From Antedon mediterranea (Eukaryota > Animalia > Echinodermata), in the NCBI RefSeq assembly GCF_964355755.1, contig NC_092676.1:20292871-20356870 (forward strand): a stretch of 64,000 nucleotides of DNA. Direction: 5' to 3'. Shown here in pieces: positions 27,893 through 41,300 of the stretch; position 1 is the first letter of the stretch, and every line of letters starts with the position of its first letter. A program made the position numbers and the translations under genes. Under the pieces are notes generated by a model that searched no databases, had not been told where the DNA came from, and saw nothing but the letters and a program-made list of their open reading frames with translations.

Positions 27893-28844
27893 TGTACTAG
27901 AAAACTAGTCAAAGTGACCCATCTTCAGTATTGTCCATTCTTTTTTATTACCTGGAGAACAAAAAAATAGATTTATTACCTTTTAATTGTAGTTTTAAAA
28001 AAATGGGGGAAATATACCTCAAATGCAGGATGAAATTTTGTGGATGTTATGTCCATGTAAACATAATGAGAATACAGAATACAGAAATTGATTGGTCCAA
28101 AAGGAAAGAGGAAGTTGAAACAATTGACAAAGCTATTGAACAGTGAAAACTGAAACAAAAAGGATGTCTTTGGCCTCAGTATTGCAGTGTGTTATACTTT
28201 GAACCATTTTCTAAATCCTTAATCAAATATTTAATATTTGTATTAATAATCTATGATAAACATTATCAAATCAAACTGTGAATTACAAGCTAACACAATG
28301 CTGCCGATAAACTATTTTATAGTTAAATATTTGGTCAAGGATTTATTACACTTTCTCTACAAATAAACCTCATCCACTGAGCTTCAGTTTGTATCGATGA
28401 GGGGGTTTGGCGAGCAATTTGCAACTGGGTTGTTCTGGGGTGTGTATATCGATATGATTTTTTATGACTTTGTATATTATACTGTATGTATAAAGCTAGG
28501 CCTACAGGGAGCAGTCTGCGTGGCGACTAACTAGGCAGGATTTTCAGGCTATCCTCCTGACCTCACCTTGACTACAACTCATGTTCCTAATGCAATGATG
28601 GGCTAACTTAACTCTAAGCACAAGCCTTTTGTTAGATCTTACAGTCTAACAAGGTTTCCAATTAGTATAGGTCTATTATAACTGTATAAACATAATTGCT
28701 AAAATAAAAGTATTACTAGGCCACTAGGCCTTTTAAGACAGTTTCGCAGATTTGACACATCATTAATGCATACCGAAACATGTTTTTTTCTTTGGTATAA
28801 TGTAAACATTCAAGACAAAAAGATAAATTTCATGCTTGACTGAC

Positions 28845-31500
28845 CTCAGTGTTGGGCGCCGCGCGCGGCAGAAAGTAATATACGAAACTGCTTGTTGTAT
28901 GGTGGATATTAATTACCTCCCGTTTTCAAAACAGCACTTAATTAACACCAAAGAATATAATCATCATGATTATATATTCTTTGTTAACACCCTTTCCCTT
29001 TAGTGTACGATTGAGATTGAACAGAATGAAAATCATCAAATAAGACCTTTTTACTTTTACAAAACATGGATTGTTTTTCGCGCCGCGGCTCTAGCCAGCT
29101 ATGTCCCAGGAGGACACATTCATTAATAAGCTGTTTCATAGCGGTAGCTTTAGTATTTAAGGCTGACAGTTTTGCGAATTTGGAAACTCGACTATAATTT
29201 ATAGGTAGCTGCTGGACCCAAAAAACGTCTGGGAGAAGAAAGTCTATGAAAGCCTTTGCTGATAATACAGTATTATTGAGATGTAGACGGAAATCTGTAA
29301 AATCTTGTTCAATAAATAATAACTTCGTTTTTGCTGTCAACCAGGCCGGTATTATAATAAGTCACTGTCAAATAATCATTCGATAATGGTCAAAACTTTA
29401 TTTTGGCTCTGTCAACATAAAGGGAGGTATTTACAATGACTTTCTTTTGACTGTCAATCTAGGCCAATGTTATAATAATACGTCGTCAGATATTAAATCA
29501 TTGAAACAGTCCTGGTAAATTTTTTTTTTGGTTATCAGATGCCGTGGGGGGGGGGGGGGGGGGGTCCAATCAATTATCGTCAGAAGGTGAACAATCAGTC
29601 TAGGTAGCAGCAGCAGATTATTAGGAACGCCTGCTCCATTAATTAATCCAGAAAAAGGTTTGTACATTATCTATTTGTTTATTAGCCTTCTCCTAACACA
29701 ATTATATATATTTTTTAAAAAGGTTTTATAAGTGGTTTCAACATTTATGATAGTAATGTCACAGTTCTGTGTCTGGACGCAAGTTCATAGACCTACTAGT
29801 TATATTATTCATATTAACTGATACTACTCTTCATTTACCGTAAAGTTCAGTTTTAATGAAATATATAATATAAATTGGCTTCGTAACAATTATTTAGTGT
29901 TGAAAAGGTTAGTTTTTTGGTGATAGGTGAAAATGACATGTAACTTCGTAATCAATTTTTTTTTTATAAAGGCCCAATTACACTATGACGATAACGACGG
30001 ACGATAAATATATAGCATGCATTTTTTTTACATAAACCAAAAGAAATTAGAAAGGTTTTCGTTCTAGACCTATAGGATAATCATTTATGCTGTCTTTGAT
30101 AAAAATAATGTTTTTCAAATTCCAATCAAATGACGTCATGATAAATAAAAACAATAAAATCGCTGTATTGTCACGATATTATTGGTCTTACTAATCATGA
30201 CGTCATTTGATTGGACGTGTGAAAATATAAGAGCAAAGCAAAATTGGGCTTATCAACAAATAAATACTTTCGTTCAAAATGTAAAATAAGACTGCACAAT
30301 TGGGCTTATCAACAAATAAAATACTTTTTTTCAAAATGTAAAATTAAGACTGGAAAATTGGGCTTATAAACAAATAAATACTTTTTTTTTTCAAAATGTA
30401 AAATTAAGACTGGAAAATTGGGCTTATAAAAAAATAAATACTTCCGTTCAAAATGTAAGAAAACATTTTTTTAATATAATCCTTAAGCTCTGTCTATACT
30501 ATCAAACTAAATATTGATGTGCCCATATTATAATATAGACATGACGATGTCATATCACTACGATATTCGGGCATATCACTACCATATTTGAGCACATCAC
30601 ACTTTTTTTGTTAAACTAGTTGGGACAGTGTAGACACAGAACTATGTATAAATCACAAGAAGTCCCAATTGTTCACTTGCGTTTTGATTGGCCGACCTAT
30701 TATATTAGATTAATGAAGACTGTTCTTACAACTGTCCAGTCAAAAAGTTACGCGGCGTTTTTTTGTAAGAAATATTTCTTGTTTATAATTAACGTCAAAC
30801 TAGCCGTGTTTTTGTAAGAAATACGTGTCTTTTTTAAATCGCAAGAAAGTTTCAAATAAGGGCCACCCAAAAGGCCAACAGAAATATTTTTTTAATGGTT
30901 TACTCTTATTATAACTGTATCCTATGAAAACACACTGTCGAAGGTTGCGGATCTGCTGGAGGAGGGGCGCGGTTGACAAATAAAACAAATGGATTATATT
31001 ACTTAAAAATAAAATAGATAGACTAACTAAACTGACGTCACTAAAGTAAACATTAGTAATATGAATAATTTCCTCACGAGATAAACCTTCCAATCCTGCT
31101 ACTGTAGTCTTTCAGTTAAAATTTTCAGCTATTATAAGCGCACGACGTGTAGCCTACAGTTGGCTTATAAATATATAAATAGGCATATGCGCTTTAAAAG
31201 TCCAAATTAAGTAGGCCTAAGAGTAAAAAGGTGGCCGACTAATATAAAATCAGTTTAACTTTTTTTTGTAAATTCATCAGTGAAACACACGTGACACATG
31301 TGTGTTTACAACGAATAAAATAAAGTTACATAATATGTTGACTGAAACAAAAATAACTTTTTTGGGAGCAGCCGCCCAGAATTTTTTGAGTGCATTGAAA
31401 ATGAGGGCGGTGTTTATATTGACGTGTCGCGCTGATTGTTTTTAATTTGACAGCGAAAAAATAGGAGAATGTTTTGACAAAACTAACATCTTTTAATAGG
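28845..31500. promoter_or_regulatory. Divergent promoter region with candidate non-coding first exons of SLC45A3 (-) and GCC1 (+)
   Basis: CpG/GC-rich patches at ~28855-29100 and ~31370-31670; minus-strand donor GAG|GTCAGT at 28845; plus-strand donor TAG|GTAAAA at 31499/31500. Both ATG exons begin at acceptors (27951 and 32320). Confidence 0.4.
30483..30644. mobile_element. Copy of the 21-bp-repeat MITE family (reverse orientation)
   Basis: TTAAGCTCTGTCTATACTATCAAAC..CATATCACTACCATATTTG..GTGTAGACACAGAACT. Confidence 0.75.
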
Positions 31501-32392
31501 TAAAATTGTATTGTTTTAAGTGATATTAATTTTTTATGATGTACCGTTGTGTTTTGTTGAAAATATATAATGTTTACCTATTCATAAATAGTGTTTATAA
31601 ATGCTAGGCCTCGTGTACCAACAACTTGCAACCTCCTCACTCCTTTCTCTCAGGCCGCCGCGGTGGTGGTCTTCTGCACCATCAGTACTAAGCTTAAGAC
31701 TAGCCTATGAGTATGAGCCTGCTGAAAAGTTGGAAACAAACCGAATAAACGTGATGCCAATCAGGGTTTGATTTAGGAAGAAATATATGTGGCATCCAAA
31801 TACATTTTTCATATAACCTCTTCACAAACACAGTACTATTAGTATTACTAAACTAAAATAACCATATCATCAAACGAAAGAACCGTTTTAAAATATTAAC
31901 ACAAAACAATGCATACAGTATGTACAGTTTACATTACAATCGATGGCCATAGGCTATTATGTGTAGAATAGAAGTAGTCCAGTTTTTACTATTGATAGAT
32001 GAATAAAAACTACAATGTTTGATATAAACAATTGAGTGACTATTGATGCAGTTTCCTCCAACTTCTACTCTCTGTGATCTACATACTGATTGAATTCATG
32101 CCATAATTCATTATCTAAAGTCATAATTCGTTAATAAATATCTTTGAAGGATATACAATACAGTACTTAAAAAATACCAATGCAGAGTTCTCAACTTGCT
32201 ATAGTATAATTAATTACGGACTTTCTGTAGCTTATTTAAATGCGAAACTATTGTTAAAGAATTTAAAGACATCACATTTATATAAATAATAAATAATCAT
32301 TTTTGTTTATGTTCTTCAGATGCTCATAAACAATGAATAAATTCAGCACAAAGATGTTATATTAATTTTAATCTAACAAATGATATTTGAAG

Positions 32393-35300
32393 ATGAATCG
32401 AACAACGAGAAAAGAACTTTTAGATACGATTGACAAGCAGCAAGATCAACTAACTCGCTGTGAAGGTAGACTTAGAGGTACAGTATGTTTGGTTTATTTA
32501 CAGTATATGAGAAAGCAATATCCAAGGGTAATTGGTGTGCATTCTCCATACCCCCCCCCCCCCACTCCCCTCCTAAAAATGGTGGTTATCATTCCAATCT
32601 CTTCTACTGATTTAAAAAAAATGACCTATATGTTTTTTTACAAAGACCACAAGCCCATCTTCTTGACGTTTGTCACAGTTACATAATTGTTTGTATTCTC
32701 TGTTCTGTGCTTCTTTGGTTGAATTGCACTAATTGGTGTTACACAACAACTGACTTATGCGGAGGGAGTAAAAACAGGATAGGACTAGTTTGATATGTGG
32801 ACAGCGCTTTAGCGTAGTTGTGTAGGAAAGGAAGAAAACTACATTATGCTAATAATACAGTAATATGAAAGTCGGTATTATTTTGGGTTTGACAGGAAAT
32901 TAAATGCGTCTTTTTTCAAACTGTGTCCCCCAGGAATCCAACCAAGTACAGAACTCACCTGCTTCTAATGACGACAGGATGTCCATAAGACACTTTCCTT
33001 ACTGTTTCTAGAATTAATTACTAACTTAATGTTTTAGTTTCTTCTTTATTTGTGATAAGAATAACATTCTGAGCCCACAGTTCTCCTTGAACCTAATATG
33101 AACTTATTAAAATTGAAACAAATATCCACCAAGCAGTCAACTTAATAATATAGTATTAATAAGTGAAGATGTTTATGTAGATCCAGAGGTATTCTTGCAG
33201 TAGTTGAGGTGCTTGGCTACCTAAGCCAAAGTCTTTGGTTCAAATCCTGTCTTATTCTCAAGCATTTTATAAACAATTATAACTTCCTCATTGTTGTTTG
33301 ATTTGCTTGTGTAGAGCATTTCATGTCACTATTTCCAATTAATTAATAGTGATGAAATAAAGATATATATAGGTAACTTTATTTCCAAAAAATGTAACAA
33401 AACCACACACTGTGGATTTACAAAACCCGATAAGTTCTTACATGCATATCTCTCTTACAACAACAAAAACTATAAAATAACGTTAAAATAATTGTTTAAA
33501 ATAACAAAAGCCACCTATTTCTGTGAATTAAATGAATTAAGTCGTTTAAATTATTAACTTAAATTTTCTGATAAATAAAGCATTTTTAAGTGTACTTAAC
33601 AGATTGGTTTGATGTTTTCCAATTCGCCCTTTTATTGAATTAGAGTGTACAATACCAAACACCAATGCTAAAAAAGCAGGAGTATCTTCACTCACTCTAA
33701 GTATATGGTTAAGCATAGACCACCTAAGTTTAATAAAGATATGATAAATGATAATTTATTCATTGGTGATTTTGCTAATGATGCTGCTTTGAAAAGTAAT
33801 ACAACAACAAGTTGATACTAATGGCCTACAAATTAATAATTGATTTCTTTTCAGATGTTGTTAAAGCATACAAAGGATTGTTGAAAGAGAAAGAGGCATT
33901 AGAGGCTGGTGTGAATGCACTTACATCAAAAGAACCTGAACGTATAAACAATCAAGAGAGAGATGAAAATGATTTAAATAATGATTCCACCAATAACAAG
34001 GTTTGTAAACATTCATTTCAATTTTAACTCAACAAAATATAGCTGTTATAATATTAATATGTTTCACCATTCATTGTGTAGTTGTGGTTTTTAATTATAG
34101 TTGAATAATTATAGGTCTAAATTGTGGCCTTTAAAAATAGAACATTAGTTCCAGGTCATTGAAAATCACTGTTTTTAGTCGCGTGGAAGCGACTCTATAG
34201 TTCACTATGTCAGTCGGTCTGTCGGTCTGTCTGTCGGTCCGGTATCACTATGCGTTTTATCGCTTTCTGACCTTATCTTGATATCAGTTTAATCTAGCTA
34301 AGTCAATTGTTCACAGTATATTCCTTATGGCCAGGAATCGATGTGGTTATGTTTTCACGGTGCGCAATAAAAAATTACGCGGTCAACGCACGATTTAACG
34401 AAATCATGTTTGTAATCATATCTTCACAACCATGAATCACAATTAAATAAAATTTGGTACTCATAAATTTCAGGGCATAAATCATCATATGGCAATACAA
34501 TTACGTGCGTAGCGCATGTAACGCATGCGTACGCGCGCTTAAAATTTTCAAAATTTATTTTCGATGAAATAAGAGTACGTTTCAGGCAATTTTAAGCGTT
34601 TACAAAATTGCCATGAGTGCGCAGATTTTTGCGCGCGTACTGCACGTTAAATGTTATTGCGCACTCTTTTTGCCCGATTTCTGTTTTCTTGACTTACTTT
34701 TCAACTCGAAATTACGTTATACGAGCACGTCAAAAGTGACAGGCTACGCACGTGTAAATTAAAAAAATATAACTGTTTTTAAACATTTCAACATGTTCAG
34801 TAATTTCGGTCAGTTGGTAGGTCGGTCGGTCGGTCGGTAAACACTAAGCACGCGACTGCAGCCATCTATATGGCCTTGTTCTAATTATAAACAATTTCTA
34901 AAGCTTCACCTGCATACATTCTCACCTCCATTTATGAGCACCCACACTTCCGTTTCTTAGCATCCAAACCACCCACATTAATCCTCTCCTGACTCTATTT
35001 CTGAACATCCAAACTTCCACCCACATTAATCCTCTCCTGACTCCATTTCTGAGCACCCAAACTTTCACCCACATCAATCCTCTCCTGACTCCATTTCTGA
35101 GCACCCAAACTTTCACCCACATCAATCCTCTCCTGACTCCATTTCTCAGCACCCAAACTTCCCTCTCATGACTCCATTTATGAGCACCCGAACTTTCACC
35201 CACATCAATTCTCTTCTTACTCCATTCTAATCTTTTCTCTATCTCAAGTTCTGGAAAAACAAGCCATGATCAATGATGTTATAAATAAATTGATTGAACA

Positions 35301-38300
35301 TTTCAGGAGTCAAGTGAGGAACAAAGGTCTACAAAGACCAAAGATGAAGTACAACAACTACAGCAACAGATAATTACCCTGACCAACTCATTAGCAACTG
35401 TAACAGCTCAAAAATCCAAGATGGAGGCTAGTTTTCAAGCAGACAAAAAAAGCTTAAGGGTATGTTTAGTAATTTCTGTCTTGATTGTATTAGTTACAAG
35501 TAAAGTAAGTTTGAACCCAGGACCTTTGGTTTGGAAGGCAAGCATATTAACCACCAAGCTACAGTATTATTCCACAATGACAATGACCTTCCGACTTTTC
35601 CCTATCATCAGGGCAGTTTTATTTTTCATGATACTGTTACTGTATGTCCCTGACCGTTTCTTATATCCCTGACATTTTCAATTGCCATATAATTTGCTAA
35701 ATTTCCCAAGAGTTTCCCTTCTTTATCTATATTACTTGAAATAACAATAAATAAATATTTTCTCTGAAATCAAAAGATTAAGATTTTATATCAAGTGCAA
35801 CATTGACCACATTGTTTTTGAAAATATGAGAAAATGTATTTGGTATTAAGAAATAGTATGTCTGAAATTTAACATTCTTTCCTCCAGTGGGAACAAAATA
35901 TTGAATATTTAAAGTTCAGATTAATAAAGTACCGTACATGTCGCAATATTATGAAGACAAGAAAATGAGTTTAATATAAAGGAACGGTCAGTTTACAGAT
36001 TTATATTTCCCCTGGTGAATACAAATTTCACATTCTGCTGAATAAAGAGAGTGGGCACAAGATAAGATAAAGTACATCCCATACAACAATGATTTAAACA
36101 TAAACAGAGTTTAATATCACAGTACGGTCGTTCTATGAAATTATCTTTTCCCTGGTGTAAACTAAAACACAGTCTGCAGAATAAAAAAAGTTGATTGGAC
36201 AAATTATTAGATAAAGTACAACCTAATCAATGTAGAATTGTTGTCTGACCCAAAATAAGTAACTTGAAACAAAACATGTTATAATAAAATGAAAAAGTAG
36301 AACATTGTAAATAAGTACCTGCTATTGCTAAAGAAATTAAGAAATTATTGTATGTAAATAATTAAATGCTAGTTTTATTATATTTCTCCACAATTGAAAC
36401 ATTTTCGGATTAGGTCTTCTACTGACTAACACCAGCAACAGTGCCGCACCTACCAGATGAGCCAGTAAACTGGGTTGACTCCCTACTCTTCCGAAAGAAG
36501 AACTGGGTTCTTTAAAGTGTACACTGAACCTTTTTAAGTCCTTAACCGAGAAGACTTATTCTACCACAAAACAATGGTAAAGGAGAGCCTTGAACCTGTG
36601 CCATTTTATGGCTACAGTCTGCGTGCGCCCCTGCCTTAACTGCTCAGCCATTCGACCCTCCCATACCACAATGTTCTGGAGAGAACAAAAATACTTAGAA
36701 ACAACCAATTATCATTCTAAGAAATGATGACTCAAGGTTCTTTACAAAGATGTTTTGAATATAAGACAAATTGTTGTTATTATTTCAATAATGATCAGCA
36801 AAAACTTGCATTGTCATTGACTGTATGTAATGTCTTGAGACATGTGTGTGGTCTGTATTTAGAAAAACCACATTTCCCCAGGTCTAGCTAGTGTTGTGTT
36901 GACTACCGCTTCCAAGTATGGTTTTTTAGATAATTTTAATTAATGTGATAAATTTAGATCATTATATTTAGTGTTACTGTTAGTAACATAAAATGTGGCA
37001 CAATTGAGACTAGACTTATTTTTGGTCATCATGTGATGTGTTTAACAACATTAGGATGTAAATGCAGAAAGTAAAAATAAAACATTGTTTCTTTTTAAAG
37101 GAAATCCTAACTATTTTTAGAAAACAGAAACTAGTACATAGAATAACAAATAGTGGAACTTTTTGAGTAATTGCAAAATATTATTACAAATTTATTACAA
37201 GTTATAGAATTAATATTAATAATAATAATTATGTATTTATGATCCGCTTTTGTGATAAAGCGCTTTACATCAAAGTGAATTGAAAAGCTTAATTAAAAAC
37301 ACTAAATAAATGTGAACCAACACAAGTTACGCAAAGGGTCAGGGTCAATAGTTTGGGAACAATATCGCTTTCAGAATTTCTTTAAAAGTTGAACATTTTG
37401 CAATACATACTGTACGGTACACTTCTATCATGCAAAAGAATTCTTTCCCACCCCTTAATTAATAATAATAGTTTATTCTTATTTAACGCATATAAGCAAG
37501 TTCTCAATGCGCTGAACATTATTAACCCGGTCATTTTTTTAATCATACACGTATGGAAACATACTCCCATAGTAATGCAGCTATTAATCAGCGCAAAATT
37601 GTGCCTTGATCTAACCTGTACCCATTTTATACACCTGGGTGGAGAGGGGCAAATGTAAGTAAAGTGTCTTGCCTAAAGGATACAAGCAATGCGGCGAGAG
37701 TTAGATTCGAACCATGATCTTACGATCAGTAATCCAACGTCCAGCACACTGCGCCACACATGCTCAATTAGGTTTTTTTTTTTTTTGTAATTCCTTTTGT
37801 TATACTTTTGATTTATAGGAGGATAATGAATCAAAAACAGCAACAATTGTTGAAATAACAGAGGAACTAAATAAAACACGGGTTGAATTAACCGAACAGT
37901 TAGATGATGCTAAAGCAAGACTTCGTTGCCAACAAAATGAAAGAGAACAGGAACACATTGATCACGCGGTGATGCTCCGTGAGCTCCAAACTCTTCTGGC
38001 ACAGGAGCGAACAGAAAAAGAACGACTCGAACATATGGTAAATGCTTGGTTATACAGTCAACTCTCCCAATACGGGACACCTTTGGCCCGGCTTAATTTG
38101 TCTGGTTTTCTGGAAAGTCTGGTATTCAGAATGTGTTTATAATGGTAAAAGGGAATTTGGGACCTTTTGGAGCTCAAGAAAAGTCTGGTTTTAGGAGAGT
38201 TTCTGGTTTTCAGAGAGTCCGGTATTAGGAGAGTTGACTGTATGAGGATTTTTTATCTATCATTATTCGTTTTTATCCTAGTAAGAGGCCATTCATTTAT

Positions 38301-41300
38301 AATACAGCTTAGTTGTTTTGTGATTTATTTGTAGTACATTAAAAAACAGAAAGTAGTGCATTTGAACAACATAGAGTGACGTACATATAGTTCCCAGTAG
38401 ACAATGGAACAACTAAACACTTCATATAATGCTTAATAATACTATAATTCAATAAAGTATGTCACTCATAAATTCCATATTAACTGTAACATCTGTAACT
38501 GGCTTTCATCTTTTTCAGAGTTCACCCAAAATGTCATTGACATAATTTGTTTTTATTGCATAAGTTGCGTTGCTGGATTTCCAAGAAATATAAGATATTT
38601 GTTAGTAATATTTAAGATATTCTTAGCGCCCTCTATTTATGGTGCAATTTAACTAGTGAACGTGACATTTTCCGTACAAATGACAGATTCTTAGAAACAT
38701 TTCGTGCCCAGCTATAATGTGACACAGATTCATCTTGTTTGAATATACCACAAATGTCCCTTGTGTGTCTTGTCAACATCATGCCCTTTAAATTTTCTTC
38801 AAAGTTTTTTTTTAATTTAACATCATGTGATCCTACCCACCAAAGTTGTGGCTTCTCCCTGCTCTAGCAATGATAGGCAGGTTAATGTTCTTTATTGACC
38901 CGTGTTGTTATGTTGTCTTAAAGGTGTGTTTCTTCACAAATACTTACTATAATAGTAATTTTTCCCTTGTTGAAGATCTTGAATTTATGTTTGTCACCTT
39001 TTTGAGAAGGATAGTGAATAAATTCACTTATACTTATCCTTGGCAATTTGCCTAAATTAAAACAAACCCTCCAGGTAAATGTTTGGCCTATTTATTCTAT
39101 TAGTATTTAATCTTTCAAACCATTACACTAGTAATGTAAATTATGATAATTGTTACTGTGAACTCATTTTTGTATCTTTGAGTATTATATTTTCTTTAGG
39201 CACTTTCAGCACAAGCTCTGCTTTTTTGAAAACAGTGCCTCCTTCATTTGTTTCTGTATATTGTAAGAAATTAAATGTGTTATATATGTTTGTATATGAA
39301 TCATTTTGTTGATTGATATGCAATATAAGGAATCATGTCAAAATTATTCTGTTGTAGTAAAAATACTACAGTAGCTACATTCTTTACTGCAGTAATGTAA
39401 TAATGATTTCAGTTTATGAGGCAGTCACAGCAATAAAGAGTGTGTATGATTAAAACTACAAAATGTAGTTACTGCAGTAATTAATAGTTTGTTGTATTCT
39501 AATTGATTCTAGGTTGAAGTATTAGAAGATGAAACAGCTAGGCAAAGAAATACACCAAACAGGTAAATAAAAACAAATTGTGCAACCTTAAACCCTAAAA
39601 GACAATTTACACTTGTAAGCGTTAAATATCATATTTTATTGTAGAACTAATGAATACGAGAAAACAGTTAAACGATTATCAGATGAACTGGGTGTTGTTC
39701 GTGCTAAGTTAAGAGAAACTGAACTCGGGGCTTCCAAACCATCACCTATGCTTCTACATCTCCAACGAGAAATGGCTGAAATGAAGGTAATTGTTTTAGA
39801 GTTTAACAAAATGCAATTGATTAATCTTTTGCTCCAGATATTCAAATGTAAAGCTCTGTCTACGCTATCAAACATTATGTGACAATAAAATGTGATGTGC
39901 CCATATATAGACATGATGATGTCATTTCACTACCATATTTAGACAGAGCTTTAGATGAGATGCAGAGCTCTTCTTGACCACCTAAAGATTTTCTTTTATA
40001 GGCACAGCACAGAATGCAAGTTGAATTAGAACAACAGAAGTCAAAAGAAGCACAGGAACAAGTGAAACGCACTGCATCAATGGAGGAACAACGGGTGGCT
40101 GGGTTAGAGGCTAAACTCTCAGAACTATCTGATGTTGTCGGAAACTACTCTAGAGTTAGACAACAGGATCAGCTGGCCATACAGTAAGTTAATTTGTAGA
40201 AAATAATTCTAACTTTATAATAATAACTATTTTAATAAAGGTTTCGGGTTCAAATCTTGGTTGGGGCGAATTTTTCTCATTCTCACAGATTTCCTCATCA
40301 TTTCAAATTAATTAATTAAATTTCAGTACAGGGATCACTGGACGGTTTAGAATTCATGTTCTGTGCCTGATGTGTGATATATTATAACTGTTATTTTGCA
40401 TACCCAAGTGTATATTATTATAAGAACTTACATAATTTCAGGCGATTAAAAGAGAGAATTACCCAGCTAGATTTGGAGAACACGGCGTTGGCGCGAGCAG
40501 CCAATAAGAGTGAAAAGATGGGTGATGACCTTGATGAAACAGCCAGTGTCACAGAGATATTGGAGCGCATAACCAAGTATAAAGGACTCATGAAACTGGC
40601 TTATCAGAGAGAAGAAAAACCTGTTGATGTTGATGGCAAGTAGTTTTTATTCTGCAACTTTTTGAACAGTTTAAAATGGTTTATCAAGCGGACACATCTG
40701 AAATGATTTTATCATCTTGGTATTGATTGTAATAGATCTCTAGGTGACTCGGTCAGCCATCCCTTAAACATGGCTAACATGTATTGGCACACAGGGGTAG
40801 CCTCCTACTTTTCCTACTGGGTTATTTTAAGTGCACATGAGCCAGATGTTTACACTTTACCTCCAGTTTAATTTCTTGATCTAAAAAGACACCAGAACTG
40901 TTGTCTAAGAGTCCTTAAACTTATTCCGATATCATGGCTGTTGTTTTTGGTTACTACTTAATAATTGTTAAAGTTTCCGTATTGTCATTGTTTTGTGGTG
41001 TATTGTAATTCTAAATTCTAGTGTGCTGTTCTTAAGGGGTTTTTTTTCGAATTAAATAAAAGGCATGCTTGACAATAATATACTGTTTAAAGAATACAAC
41101 ATTACTTCATCATTGAATCTCGCTTCTTTTTTTAGAAATCTGTAACATAGATGACTACTCAAGTTTGGATAGTCAGAATCAGCATCATGCGTGTCAACAG
41201 GAACTGAAACAACTTAAGGATGAGTTTGAAAGGTATAAGATGAGAGCACAGAGTGTATTGAAGAGTAAAAATACCAGGGTTAGTAGACAACAACTCTTAC

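Noticed and set aside
28984-29340. 118-aa minus-strand ORF
   Set aside because: Non-ATG start and no recognisable motif; lies in the likely 5' non-coding region of SLC45A3.
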